Shown here: positions 1-13,345 of the stretch, piece by piece
Numbering within the stretch: the first letter of the stretch is position 1
Layout: every line of letters begins with the position of its first letter
DNA from: Selaginella moellendorffii
Lineage: Eukaryota > Plantae > Lycopodiophyta
Direction: 5' to 3'
Length of the DNA: 64,000 nucleotides
NCBI RefSeq assembly: GCF_000143415.4
Contig: NW_003314290.1
Span: forward strand, 558,001 to 622,000
Translations under genes and position numbers: made by a program
The notes under the pieces: generated by a model
The model's input: only the letters and a program-made list of their open reading frames with translations
Database searches by the model: none
What the model was told of the DNA's origin: nothing

Positions 1-1
1 C

Positions 2-219
2 CCGGTGATTGCAAGCAGCGGTGCCGGGACTGTGGATCACTTCTCAGATGTTTTCTCCGAGACGCCAGCGTCGGCGGCTTTGGCCGCAGGGATCTTTCAC
101 AGAAAGGAAGTAAGTCTTTACTTTGTAAAGCTTTGTCTCCAACGAGGTGTTTGTTCCAGGTTCCAATAGCTTTGGTGAAAGAGCATATGTCACGGGCAGG
201 AATCGAAACGCGGTTTTAA
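2..219 (+). CDS. HISN4: Imidazole glycerol phosphate synthase HisHF, last two exons (5' part outside window)
   Basis: 2-109 reads [36 protein letters not shown]; GT-AG intron 110-159; 160-219 reads [19 protein letters not shown]. This matches the HisF C-terminus. Confidence 0.92.
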   Translation, partial: GDCKQRCRDCGSLLRCFLRDASVGGFGRRDLSQKGSKSLLCKALSPTRCLFQVPIALVKEHMSRAGIETRF

Positions 220-617
220 AGTGTGTCGCCGCATTTTTTGCTAGCTAGCCACTATCTTAAAAGTAGGCTTTGCTTTGTTTACCTACAAGCCCTCGTTTTG
301 AGGACACGCCCATTTACACTAGACCATTGCGAGTATTTTGCCTTCTACCTAGAGCCAGCGCCATTCATCACACGGGCTTGGCAAGGGCTAGGGTTCTATC
401 CATCACCATCGCCGGCGTCTTGGAGCCCGGATTCGTCCTTCTAGAGCTCGCTCCAGGTGAATCCATCCCCGCATTGCAGCTGCGCCGGCCATGGTGTGCC
501 CGCTAGCGATGGCAGAGTAGCGGATCTGGGAAATTTCGTGTTCTTCCGCGGGAATTCGCTCTTCCGGCGCTTGCGGAGAGGAATTCCGGGGAAATGCAGC
601 TATAGGAGGAGGCTGCA

Positions 618-3600
618 ATGAGGAAGGCGATGAGCAGGGCGCGAAAGAAGGGATCCGCGCCCTTGGAACTGAGCAGGTATGTGGCAATGCAGGTAGATAT
701 CGATTTTTTCTCATGAACTCTTCTTGATCCAGGGATATGTATGGATTCATCTTGAGGCCACAGCATTTGCAAAGGTATCGGGAGTTCACATCGATTTACA
801 AGGTGCTTTGTAGTTTTAACGCGTTTTTCTAGTTTACTCTTTCAAAGTACTTATCCTAGCGAGTTGTGTAGGAAGAAGAAGCCGAAAGATCTGAGCGTTG
901 GGAGCATTTCCTGAGAACTTACGGTGATGCTGCGGATTTTTCAGCCACCAAAGGAGCTGAAAAGGACGCTTCATCAGACGGTGAAGTTAATGCGAAGCCT
1001 GACGGTGAAAATAGAGTTGTCCAGAGGTGGGGTGAATTAAGGCCGTCTCTCAACATTGTGGAACAAGGAATTGCGACTAATGCCGGCAGGCAGCAGCATG
1101 CAACCAAACCACTAGAAAATGGGGACGTTTTGAAGACCCGGAAAACAGATAGCGGAGCATCTGATATTGATGACTCGGACGATGAGTTTTACGACGTGGA
1201 CAAGTCGGATGCTGTTGCTGATTCTTTAGTTTCCAGTGACCAGTCAGACAGCGAATCGGCCATTCATGGAAAAGAAAGTCCATGGAGAGAAGAGCTGCAG
1301 TTCCTTGTTCGAGGCGGCGTTCCTATGGCTCTGCGAGGGGAGGTAACTCTGTTTCTTGTTTTCGTACGTTCTCAGTTTCGTTTTGCTTTCGGGCAGCTTT
1401 GGCAAGTGTTTGTTCGCACCAAGACAAGGAGAGTTGAAGGACACTATGAGCGTTTGTTGGAAAAGCCATCAAGCAATGGAAATGGGAATGCTAATGGTTA
1501 TACACACCATGACGAACCTCCCTCTGTTCCAGCACAAGAAAAATATGTGAACCAAATTGAAAAGGTACTATACCATGATAGTATAATGTAAATTCAGTTC
1601 GATGTTTTCTGGTGTAGGACTTACCGCGAACTTTTCCTGGTCATCCAGCTCTAGATGAAGATGGTCGGAACGCATTGCGCAGGCTTTTGACTGCATACGC
1701 ACGACATAATCCTGATGTTGGATACTGTCAGGTTGGTTGAAGATTAGTAGCCTTAAGTGTTAAAAGATCGTCTTGAATACTTGCAGGCCATGAATTTTTT
1801 TGCTGGGTTGCTTCTTTTGCTGATGCCGGAGGAAAATGCGTTCTGGTATGTTCAGCTCTTTCAATTTCGATTTAGAAGTCGAGTTGTTATGCATGTGTAC
1901 CAGGACATTGACCGGTATCATAGACGAGTACTTCCAAGGCTACTACTCCGAAAAGCTTTTAGAAGCACAGGTTTTTATGACAGAAATCGTGGTGCACCGT
2001 ATAACAGAATTTTGCAGGTGGACCAACTTGTCTTTGAAGAGCTTGCTCGAGAACAGTTTCCGAGGCTAAGTACTTGTTTGAGCTTTATTCTCTTCGGGTA
2101 TTGAGCCAAGTGGCACTTTTACAGTTTCGCATTTTGAATCCCTTGGTGTTCAAATATCGTGGATGAGTGGACCCTGGTTCCTATCTATATTTGTGAACGT
2201 CCTACCTTGGGAAAGTGGTCAGTACAATTTAAATGCATTTCCTCTTTCCGCTGATGAAAATTAACTTGTGCAGTTTTGAGAGTATGGGATGTCTTGCTTT
2301 TTGAAGGCAACCGAACTATGCTTTTTCGCACTGCTCTTGCTCTTTTGGAGCTGCATGGTTAGAAGTTGCTTTCTGTAATGAATATCAACGTTATTAATCT
2401 CTTAACCTGTCTCAGCTCCTGCTCTTCTGGCCTCACGTGACGCTGGCGATTGTATCTCGGTGATGCAAACAGTGACCGGTGCAACATTTGATAGCAGTCA
2501 GCTTGTCTTGACCGCTTGCATGGGTTTTCAAAAAATCGAACGGCTGGAGGCGCTTCGGACCAAATACCGGCCAATCGTTTTAGCAACTCTTGATGAACGA
2601 GCAGCCGAGCTTCGTTTATGGAGGAGTTCCCAAGGCGCTCTTGTCAAAAAGCTCTCAAGGAAATTTAGCTCACTGAACACGTCTACCAAGGAAATCACCA
2701 CGGCGGAAATCATTGCTGAGTCAGGTGATATTGAAGAAATAGACGAGGAAGACGAAGAAATTGACGAGAAGGATCCTGCTGACTTGGAAGAGCAGGTACG
2801 CTGGATTTCTTTTAATACCTATTTTCTTACTAACTGTTTATGGTGTTTAGGTGGCCTGGCTGAAAAATGAGCTGTGTCTCGCGCTCGAGGAAAAGAAAAG
2901 AGCAACGGCCAGGTGAGTGCCTGCCTAGACTTTTCCAAGAGTGTACAAAGTGGTTTTACAGGGCAGAGGAATTAGACGTGGCTTTGATGGAAATCGTCAA
3001 AGACGATAACAGGCGAGAATTGTCTGCAAAGGTTCGAGAGATCCAAGTTTTCTTTTTTTCTCTCTCTCACTTCAGCTCGTGTATAGGTGGAAAGCCTAGA
3101 AGCTGAACTTTCTACTGTTAAACAGATGCTATCTGACAAGCAGGAGCAAGAAAAGGCCATGGTGCAGGTCAGTCATCTTAGAAACTGGAAGAGAAATTGA
3201 AATTCCGTAATGTCTTTGCAGGTTATGCTGAGAATTGAACAAGAGCAGAAACTTACTGAAGACGCGCGGTGTTTTGCCGAGCAAGATGCTGCGGCACAAC
3301 GGCATGCTGCCACAGTAATGCAGGTAACACCAGATTGCTAGCAAGTCGTCCAGTTTTACTGAATCTTTAAATTCACAGGAAAAATATGAGCAGCTGATGG
3401 ACAAGTTTGCGGCTCTGGAAAAGAGAGCAGTGATGGCCGAGACAATGCTGGAAGCAACTCTACAGTACGAGGCCGGACAGACCGGAAACCTCCGACGCCA
3501 GAAGGAGGAGGAGCCCTCTAAATGGTCCTGGCCTCTTTCCTCACCAAGGTAAACACCAACATTTAGTACGTGAATTTAGTTGTCTTCCTTACAGGAGCAC

Positions 3601-3964
3601 CGAGGCTGCTACATCAAAGCCAAAGCCCAGCAGCCCTGTAGAGTCTGGGAAATCGACAGACTCTCAGGAGGAGCCAGCGCGCAAGCCGGGCCTTTTCTCG
3701 CGGATCAGCTGGAGCAAGGTATATCTTTCTTGTTTTTTCGTTTTTTTTTTTCTCTCCCGGCTCGAAAGAGAGATTGAATTGTTCGTTCCCTGGCAGCTAC
3801 CAAAGAACCAGGCATCTCCCGAGCCAAGTGGTGATCGAGCGCGCGAGGAGAAACCAGCGGAAGAGGAAGCGACGTTGTCCAAGCCTTGCGAAGAGGAGGA
3901 CACGGCAACTAGTGCTGGTGCCGAGGACAAGGCAGGGGAGGTGAGTGACAATGTCAAGGCTTAG
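618..3964 (+). CDS. Rab GTPase-activating protein (TBC / Ypt-Rab-GAP gyp1p family), many exons
   Basis: Spliced motifs [46 protein letters not shown] (Arg finger), [16 protein letters not shown] (Gln finger), [24 protein letters not shown], followed by a coiled-coil C-terminus. Introns are ~50-bp GT-AG. Start codon and last exons are approximate. Confidence 0.9.
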
Positions 3965-4209
3965 AAACCTTCCAACATTCTCTGTTTCGAAGCTTCTTTG
4001 TACAGAATTGATTGAGCAATAGATAGTTATTACAGTTTTGGCATGCTTACGCTTGATGCAGTAGGATCGAGTTCCGCAATAGCGCTCGCCGCGAGATAGA
4101 AGGATGTTAAGCGCTAAGATCTTAACACCAAAATAATAGCCAGGAAAAGATCATACCAGCACGTCCATCGGCTTTGATTTTCCAGAGTAGATCTAAATCT
4201 TCTCTCATG

Positions 4210-4700
4210 AAAAACTGTTTGGTTTGATAGGATGCCCATCCGCGACGTCGTGGTGTGAAATATGCTTGTCTCGGCATTTGCCCAAACAGGGCATCCAGAG
4301 TATGCCCAAAACGCGTTTTGAGCGAATGTCCGGGAATAGCGTGGTTTCTTGGACGATAATCTTGTCATGGTTTGTGAAATCCGGTCGATTCGATGGAGAG
4401 AAGCGCGTCTTTGATATCATGCCGCAGCGCAACGATGTCGCCTGGAATCTGGGCGTGCGCCCAGGCCGGGCATTTGCGGGAAGCGGAGGAAATCCACGAT
4501 GAGATCATCTCGTCTCTTGGAACGAGATGATCCGCCCATGGCCAGGGCGATCGGCTATTTGATGCGATGCATCAGCGTGTCCTGGAACGCGATCCTGGGA
4601 CCTGGATCGAGGCCAGATTCGAGAGAATGCCGGCAAAGGACGTGATCTCCTGGACGATCTCCACTGCAGGGGCCACGAGCATCGCCAAGCGCGCGAGATC
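4210..4700 (+). pseudogene. Degenerate PLS-type PPR gene fragment
   Basis: MPIRDVVV*, ERMSGNSVVSWTII, KRVFDIMPQRNDVAWN, FERMPAKDVISWT, with stops and frameshifts. Confidence 0.75.
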
Positions 4701-4707
4701 TTCTTAC

Positions 4708-4862
4708 GTCTCTGTGTCGCACAGACAAAGTTTCCTTTTCTTCTCCTTTTTTTCTTGTCTTGATTTTTCTTCTTCTCGATCAGGACAACATATTCCCTCG
4801 CATTTTCGGTCCAGGGCGAGTCTACTATTTTAAAGCTCTCGAGATTTCCTTTAACTTTCACG
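4708..4862 (+). pseudogene. Fragment of the ADH-like gene (exon 2 end, intron, exon 3)
   Basis: Similar to 20005-20180 (ctctgtg.cgcacagac ... caacatattccctcgcattttcggtc). Confidence 0.75.
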
Positions 4863-4993
4863 ATTGGAATTTTCTCCAGATTTGCTCTTGAGAGCAAATC
4901 TCTATACATATATTCCTTCGATAATATTCTTTGTCTCACGATCTTCTAAATCGATACTTTACATAGTAACCCTGCCCTATTATATTGGCGGCG

Positions 4994-7002
4994 ATGGAAG
5001 CTCTGGCATTGGCGTTCTCCTGGTTGCGACGCGCTCCAGCACAGGCAAGCACACAGGCAACAGGATTGAAGGTCCTCCTCCTTGAGGTGTGCACAGCTCG
5101 CTCGTTTCTGTCATTTTTTCTTGTTCCTTGACATTTTTCGCGTGCGGGCAGACTCCTGCCGCAACAGCGGACAAGAAAGCGGAGGATTTCCCAGCACTGT
5201 CCTCGCAGCTCGAGGCAGTGATCGCCAGCAGTGAACCAGCATCAACTGTTCCCGAGTATGATGCACCTGTACTCGAGGAGGATGACGAGCATGACTTGCA
5301 AGAGGTAACTCCAGATGTAGCTAATCTTCTCTTGCAGCCGGTTGCTCCAATCGAGCTGGAGGATTCGTCCTCGCCAGCACCACCCTCGCACCTCGAGGCA
5401 GTTATAGCCGGAGCAGCATCAAGTGTTCCCGAGTATGATCCACCACCGTTACCTGTGCTCGAGGATGACAACCATGATTTGCAAGAGGTAACTCGAGAGC
5501 TTAGATGCTTTGCCTGGAACCGCACCAACCTTCTCTTGCAGCTAGAGGCGGTCATGGTTGGCGCTGTGGATTCAGTTCGGTATACTTCTCTCGGTGGCAA
5601 GACGCTTGCAATCGACGACGACGACGACAACCTGAGCTGGGAGGATATCCAGAGCTACTTTCGGACCTGGACATTCCCGTCGGTGCAGCTACCGTCCAGA
5701 GCCGAAATGCATCTGGAGGTGGAGGAACTCAAGAAGCTAGTTGGAGAGTGGACTTGGAAGCTACCGACCACTCTTCAGTCGATAAAAGAAGAAATGTGGA
5801 GTAGGCTTTTGAACGCGGGCTTGGAGGAGGACGAGGTGACGTCCCAGGAATTATGGGAAGAACTCAAAAACTTCCTGGGGTGGCATCGATTCCCAGTTAT
5901 CAGTTCCCGACGGATGCTTCTGGAAGCAGCGCCAGGTCCTCCTATCTTCGTCTCCAACGAGAATGGACCTTCTCTGTTCCGCTTCATAGCTCCACTGCGC
6001 ACACAACAAGATGGAGAAGAACAAGCTTCAGTCTTTTGGCAGAGGCTGAGAGGCGATGGCACCAGCAGCGTGAGAAAGCACAGGAGGCCTCCAGACAAGA
6101 ATAGTGAAGGGCAAGAACTTGTGGCAGCAATGGCCGAGGAGTCATCCTACAAGGTATGTCTCTGTTGACAGGAATCAGATATGTAGTCGTACTAAGATCT
6201 ACACTGAACAGGTGCTAAAGTCTCATGCAGCAGCAGGATCTCGAAAGTTGTTGAGGCAAGCTGATGTTTCATCGCCACCAGCTTCAGTCTTTTGGCGGAG
6301 CTTGCGAGGTGATGGTGTGGGAATGCACAGGAGGCTTCCATACAAGAATATAGAAGAACTTGCAGCAGCAATGGCCGACGAGTCATCCTACAAGGTATGC
6401 CTCTGCTGACAGGAACCAGATATATTCGTACTAAGATGGACATTGAACAGGTGCTAAAGTCCCATGCAGCCAAAGGATTTCCATCTCAGAAGTTACTGGC
6501 TGGCGGCACTGGTGACACTAAGGAGGCTAGCAGCAATGCTTCACCACCACCAGCATCGCCACCACCTTTTATGTGGCGGTGGTTCCCTCGAAGCTTGGGC
6601 GAGGATGGCGGGAAGGCCAAGAGGATCAACACCGAAACGTTTCAAGAAGCTGAAGGGACTTCAATATCGAGCTCTCAGAGTTTAGTGTATGACATCGGGG
6701 TGAGCAGCGGCAGCGGCAGTGCCAGTGATTTCATCGAGTTATTTGAAGGAGAAGGCATTAGCAGCAGTGATGCCTTCCTGAACTCGCTGTTGGAAGTCGA
6801 AGGTGGCGGCAGCAGCGGCAATGTGGATCTTCAACAGGCTTCCTCCAGTGATCTCAACTTGCAAGCGACGGCTGTGGCGGCAACCCCGCTGCTTCTTCCA
6901 ATCCTTGCCGGGCTGCTGGTTGCGTTGCTCTTCCTCTTCTTCCTCTACTTCCTCTCGGTGATCAGGAGGAGGTGGAGGAAGAGAGGGCTCCTGCCTCATT
7001 GA
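4994..7002 (+). CDS. Hypothetical multi-exon protein with duplicated exons and a C-terminal transmembrane helix
   Basis: ATG at ~4994 followed by plausible GT-AG introns. Repeated LEAVIA..S.VPEYD..VLEDD.HDLQE exons (5150-5490) and repeated ASVFW..LRGDG..ELxAAMA.ESSYK/VLKSHAA exons (6020-6470). Ends in a hydrophobic stretch LLLPILAGLLVALLFLFFLYFLSVI followed by RRRWRKR. Confidence 0.55.
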
Positions 7003-10000
7003 GTTCCAGCTTTCGATGCAAATGCATCAGGATGTGCAGTGGACGGGATCAGGCATGGATCAAAGCTTGAAGCCGGTGGCTTAACACTACGTGATGATCT
7101 CCGTCCGGAGTGATAGAACTTCGGTGGCAGATTTTTATCGGCTGGAGAGACAGTGGCTCTAACGTCATCAAGGCAAGAAGTGAGTGGAGATATCTTACAA
7201 AACAGAGGTTGCTGGTGGTTCCAGAGGTTTGTTTGGTCATACACAACTTTCTACACCGATTGATGGTGTAATTGCAAGCTAGGAAGGATGATCATATACT
7301 GAGTGTTTGTAGCTTTTAAACTTTGCTGATTCAGAAAAACAGTTTTAGAGGCTTGGTAAGACTAGAAGTAACACTATCACCTCCTGTTCACGAGATGAGT
7401 TACTACCCTGTGTGAGAAGCAAATCGATGGAAGGAAGCAATAGTTACAATTCTAGTAGCTTTGTGTCACCGCTAATGCCAAAGGCTGAGAAAGGATGTGT
7501 GTGAAGCCCTGGTTATGGCCTGGAATCTACAAATGAAAGGAATAACAGTAAGCGAAAGAAACTGTTTTGTCAGCTTTGCTTGACGCTAGATAGAGCTGCG
7601 GCCATGAACATCGCCTCCATCAAGCCCCCACATAAAGTTTTTGCCACTGTGTTGCAGCCAAGAGCGTTCCAAAAGCTGTGTGATCAACATAAGTTCTAGA
7701 AAAACTACGCAATGGATCCAGAGAGCATGAACTTCAACTCAGCCGATCCAATCCACAGTGTTCGTCAAGCAAAACCTCCACAGAGATAAACGATCCGATT
7801 CCCTCAATTTCAAACGTTGTTCCATGCACAGCTCTCAAGTCCCATTGGCTAGTTCCGAAACCTAAGAAAATGTGACCGTTGAAATCAGACGGCCAAGTAT
7901 TTTAAATTTTGACCATTGGAATTGGACGACCAGAAATGGAACCCTACCATCAACGGCCACCATTTACAAATAAAAAATGCTACCAAAGGCTAAAGCTACA
8001 TTGTCTTTGCCTCTCTTCCTGTATGGCATGTGGCCCCCGTGTCGTACAGAGCCAGTCAGTGGTGCTAGCCAAGGTGTTGCCATGAGCTTGAGTGGCTTGT
8101 CCAAAATCACACTGTTATATGCCAGGCTCATGTGCTTCGCCCACTCAAATGCATACACCAGAGTGGACACACCATACATCATGCATGTCCCCAAAGAAGC
8201 CTCTCCAAAGGACACCATCTAGTACTCTGGATCAAATAGCAACGAGGACGCCATCACCTTGATTCTCATGGTGGATTCTTAGAACCTCTCTAGCCAAAAT
8301 TTGAGCAGGTTATCCCACAACACGGGGTTTCTTCCTAAAGAGTATGTGTTGATAAGCATGAAGGTGTTCTTAGGGGTGAAGTAGCCAGCAGCTCCATGTC
8401 CTAGACCATGACGTGAAGTATGAGGAAGGTGCCAACAGGCTAGAGGTAGAGGACCTCCTTACCACCACACAGGGGGATATGTGAGGTGCTTGATGTCTGA
8501 CTCACATATAACAATGCTAAGCACTTATTCCACCAGATATAAAAGGCCTCACTAAGGTGGAGGGGGGATGCTAGATTTTCCATACACTCCACCTTCTCAT
8601 TACCTCTCTTTCCTTATCAATTGATATTTAGTTAGATTCACATAGTATCAGAGCCTTCCATTCCAGGGAAGATAGCAATGGTAGGCTCTCATGTGGGAAT
8701 GGAGATGGGCCACATGTGCTGGTTGATTTTAATTTTCCATCCATCCTAATGGAATTCCAGTGGTGGGGAATCCTCTCTCAATTCCTTGTCCCACTTAGAG
8801 TATTGGATCTCATATTTTGCTACAGAAATATTTTGCCACTTATTCAGCCTTTGGCACCACCAACACTAGCTAACTCTGTGCTGTCATTCTTGACACAAAA
8901 AGGTAAATTCAATGTTCTAGAGTATGGAGAATGATATTATCAAGTTGTAAGACTGGCTACATCAAATTGAACAGTGGTTTAACTATAAGTATATTCAGAA
9001 AATATGGAACGGTGCTAAATTGACAATTATATTTATAATAATTTTTACATTTTATAAATATATCATGGGAGCTCTTAACACTAGCAAATAAAAACTAACA
9101 ATATGAGTTTTGTTAAATAACAACTTAAATTTTCATTCTTTAGTGCCTTTTGGGTATAAATGCACATGTGTTAAACAGTTTATCAAGTAGTTTGTGCAGA
9201 GAATGATAAAAAGTCTAACAATACTATGGCAATAAAAGAAGAATATCTTAAAAGACTAATTAATAAATAATTTTCAATAATTGCAATCACATTTGCGAAC
9301 TATTACAATACTTTTGTGAATTACAATCTTGAGGAGCCATGCAAAGCAATGCAATCAATAGTGGGGCTGGATGGCAAGCTCATGAATTACAGTGTAAATC
9401 ATCTAAGGTGATGGAGAGTTGAGGCAAGTTTTGGTTAGGAACCAGTGCTCCATCTCCAGCTTAGCGTTTGCTAGGCCTCACACCACAGAGATCAGCGCTT
9501 TGCTAAGCTTGGAACTTCGGACCAAGGCTCCACAGGCACTCCGATAGGCCAGATTTGAGCTGCCGGATCATCCAGTTGCCAGCGAAGAGCTGAAAGTCCA
9601 CCGCCTTTCATCACTTCTCCCCGTAGCAATCTGCACTTTGCTCATTCTTCATTGTTGCCAAGGCTCAGCAGAGTTCAAATATTGCTTGCTAGACCGGATT
9701 TGAGCGGCGGGAACTCATTCGGTCACTGGTGGAGCCCGGCTTTCGTCACTTCTCCGCGCGTAGCGATCAGTGCTGTGCTAAGCTTGGAACTCCGGAGGCG
9801 TTTTTCAAGGCTTGGCGAGTCCAGATATCCATCGCGCGATAGACCGGATTCGAACTACCAGATCATCCAGCTGCCGGCGGAGGCCACCTTTCATCACCTC
9901 TCCGTGCAGCGGTAAAGCTTGGAACTCCGGAGGCACTTCTCATTGTTTCCAAGGCCCGGCGGATTCAGATCTCGATTGCTAGGCTGCATTCGAGCTGCCC

Positions 10001-10059
10001 GATATCATCCAGTCGCCGGCAGAGTGTCTGCCATCCATCACTGGTTTTGAGGCTTGGCC

Positions 10060-10345
10060 GGGAGTTGACGCGCTTTGAAATGCCTGACCAACTCCATGAG
10101 GATATTGCCGCGACTTTGAGATCCTCACGAATGACCTTGGTGTGGCACTGGAAGTGTCGTGGTTCAACGACACTCACAAGGAACCAGATGTCTGTTCTTC
10201 CCTCGCAGCCGAAGCACTTTCCCCCCGTGGAATTGCTGAAACCGCGAATTCCGAAAGCCTCGATAGCTTGCCTGACCGATGTGAATTCGCGCTCGAGAAC
10301 GAGCCTGCAATGCGATTCTCTATGGACATTAAAGTCTGGGATCAC
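10060..10345 (+). pseudogene. Frameshifted Uma2/PD-(D/E)XK-like nuclease fragment (subfamily A, N-terminal motifs)
   Basis: FEMPDQLHE in one frame, then KEPDVC and IAETANSESLDSL..RFSMDIKVW in another. The motif order matches Uma2-like REases. Confidence 0.6.
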
Positions 10346-10625
10346 TGTAAAAGACTAAACTGGCGTAGAGATAAGAAGACACGTCTAGACTATCTAGTTG
10401 TGAGGAGCTCACACTTGATGGCGTAGAGATCAAACGTGAAGTAGTCGCCACAGTGATTCCGAATGGCGTCCGCATCGTCGCCAGCACCCTGGAGCACTCT
10501 GGTGGTGTCAACTCTGATCTGGTCTATCGCACGCAATCGCGCCATGCCCGACCCCGCACACCGAAATTTCCGGCTCTTCCAGCCACCCCACAGTCACGGG
10601 ATTCAGCGCCTCCTCCCCAAACGGA
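10345..10625 (-). pseudogene. 3' fragment of the 14984-15862 ORF
   Basis: Near copy of 14940-15240. Confidence 0.75.
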
Positions 10626-11249
10626 CGAGATGGAGATCCTTGCCCAGGCCGCTGTCGAAGATCTCGGTGATGATGTACGTAAAATCTTGAACACATGAAC
10701 AAAGAACGGTTTTATACCTTGAAAGGAAGAAATAAAGATTTCAGTCCTGGATACACAAGCACGCTTGTTGCGGTACGCATGGAGGCAGCAGCTCCTAGCA
10801 TTCTCTAGGGTAAGAAACATAGATATGGGGATAAATACGAACCAAATGTTTACCAAGAGTCATTTTGCGATGGCAACAGACGATGTCCCTGTGTCTTTAA
10901 GAAAGAGTACATGCAAAGACTGAACAACAAACAGAGCTAGTAGATAAAAAAGAAAAACAGCATGCTATGTTACTGTGATCATTGTTTCTTGAATCGGCCC
11001 CAAGGTGGTCGAGGGTGGCGGAGATACGGAGGTCATTCTCAACCACTGTGGACGCTTGATCTCTACTGGATCAAGATTGAATTTCTCCGGTACCACGAGG
11101 TCTACAGATTGCCTCCAAGAGCTTCTCCATTGTCGTTTCAGTTAGTTCGTCGATTAGTACTCACGAAATTTCTGTTACCTTGCTCCTGCGATTGATCTCC
11201 CGAGGAAGGCGATGGCGGATGGCTGCCAATGCTCGGGATTCTTGTGGTA

Positions 11250-11590
11250 GTGCTTAATCTTGACCTGTGTGTGTTTATCACGGCATTTGCCCGAAGAAGG
11301 CATCCAGAGTATGCCAAGAACGCGTAGAATAGCGTGGTTTCTTGGACGATGATCTTGGTAGGGTTTCTCCACGGTCTTGGAGGAAATCCGGGCGATTTGA
11401 TGGAGCGAAGCGCGTCTTTGATCTCATGCCGCAGCGCAACGAGGTCGCCTGGAATCTGGCCGTGACAGCGTGCGCCCAGGCCGGGTATCTGTGGGACGCG
11501 GAGGAAATTCACGATGAGATCCTGGAACGCGATCCTGGGACCTGGACGATGGGCAACGATCATCGCCAAGCGCGAGAGATCTTCCATTGA
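11250..11590 (+). pseudogene. PPR fragment, paralogous to 4260-4700
   Basis: KSGRFDGAKRVFDLMPQRNEVAWNLAVTACAQAGYLWDAEEI. Confidence 0.75.
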
Positions 11591-11604
11591 CTGACCGAAG
11601 TTTG

Positions 11605-12620
11605 TCTTACCTCTCTGTGTCGCACAGACAGACGTCACTATATGGAAGACTGTAAGCTAGTTTCCTTTTCTTCTCCTTTTTTTCTTTGCTTCTTCTCGAT
11701 CTGGACAACATATATCCTCGCATTTTCGGTCACGAAGCGGCTGGGTGAGTCTACTATTGTAAAGCTCTCGAGATTTCCTTCAAATTTTGACAGTCGGAAG
11801 TTTGTTCTGGAATCGTTGAGAGCATAGGCAAACATGTGAAGGGTGTTCAACAAGGAGATGACGCACTCACTCCCTTAGAGCAAAGACTGTGACTGCTGCA
11901 AATCCTGAAAGACCAACGTCTGGGATTGATCCGGAGAGAGGGGTGATGGTGAGCAACGGCAAGAGCAGATTTTCTCACACGATGGCGAGACCATCTACCA
12001 TTTCCTGGGAACTTCGACGTCTAGCCAGTACACTGTTGTGGGTCAAGCTTGCATTTGTGGACGCTCCTCTTGAGAAGATTTGTCTCCTCGGTTGTGGTGT
12101 CACTACAGGTAACTTCTTGCTTGTCTTCCAGGGAGTGATTGGTTTTTGTCTTTCTCTTCCAGGTGTTGGTGCTCCCACAAAAGCCGCGAGAGTAGAATTT
12201 TGGTCTCGGAACTATTGGATTTGCTGTAAGTGTTTTCAAGGCTTTTTTTATTCTTTTTTGTTTTGGTTTGTGGAGTTTCATATTGTCTGTGTAGGCTGCA
12301 CAAGGTGCTAACATTGCTGCGAAAAATTGCCATCGATAAATCCTTCAACGCTGGAAGAAGGTATGCATCAACGTTTTTTTTTTCACCTTGCTATCTAGGA
12401 AAGGCGAAGTTTGGCTTGACGGATGCGATCAATCCAAAAGACCGTGGCAAGCCAGTGCAAGAGGTAAACTGCGTCCAACCTCTATGTCCTCGCTACATAA
12501 CACTTACGATTTCTCAAAACTTCGGGTGATTCGAACAGGGGAGGCCTACTACACGATCGAGTGCGTTATCTCATTCCTGATGCTGTGGAGAGCTTATGAG
12601 GTGAATCTACAGATATCTTC
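11605..12620 (+). pseudogene. ADH-like pseudogene with introns retained (exons 2-7, internal deletions)
   Basis: Colinear with 20005-21100 and includes GIDPERGVMVS and APLEKICLLGCGVTTG; frameshifted. Confidence 0.85.
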
Positions 12621-12711
12621 TTAGAACTGACGTTGATTTCTACTGCTGTAGGGAATTTGCCCTCTTCGGAAACTTGAGATACCGATCCATCACCTTCTTC
12701 AAGTTCTGGAC

Positions 12712-12800
12712 CAGCGCTTTCCACTGCTTGCTTGAGACTCAAGCTCAAGACTTTGGTGCTCTCGTCGAAACCCGCGGCAACAGTGACTCCCCAGCCCTGT
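12712..12800 (-). pseudogene. Inverted ADH exon fragment
   Basis: Minus strand reads GWGVTVAAGFDESTKVL, matching 21148-21200. Confidence 0.75.
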
Positions 12801-13229
12801 GATGGTCGGACATGCATGCTCTCCCATGTTCGTTGCTCTATGGAGACATCCATTCCACTGGAGGCCCACGCTGCAAACTGGTGAGATGTTTTTCTGCTTT
12901 AGTGTTCGAACGCAAATCTTTTGTTTTAGGCGCCTCAAAGGTGGTGGTGGTGGCGGCGTGAATCTTGCAATCTACAAAGCTGCTGGTGACGAAGCAACAA
13001 GAAGGCACAAGAAGGTGTGCGATGCTGGAGCCGTTTCCTCTACGGCTGCCTCACGTCTATCCGTCCTTGGGCCCAACATGAACCCATGGATGCCAAACTG
13101 GCTGTAGGCTGATGCTCTGTTCTCGATTTCGCACCATTTTTCCGCTTCAAAGCTTGCATCATCACCAAACGAGGAGATGCAGCTACCTTGGCTTTAGGAT
13201 TCTCCGAGGTGATAAGCACGGTGGAAGAC

Positions 13230-13345
13230 TCGGGTTCTTCGAAGAAGGGAAGTTACAGGGGAAGAATGGAGCTGGGACTTAAAGGCAGGGGATGCGAAGC
13301 CAGTGTAGCGTTCCATCCTGACAAGCACAGCAATGGCGACTCACG
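13230..13345 (+). pseudogene. Possible J-domain (DnaJ) fragment
   Basis: SYR..ELGLK..VAFHPDKH contains the HPD motif; no complete gene is visible. Confidence 0.35.

Noticed and set aside
7990-8660. Possible LTR remnant ending at a degenerate PBS (tagtatcagagc, ~8643)
   Set aside because: No partner LTR, TSD or coding remnant could be identified, so it is too weak to call.
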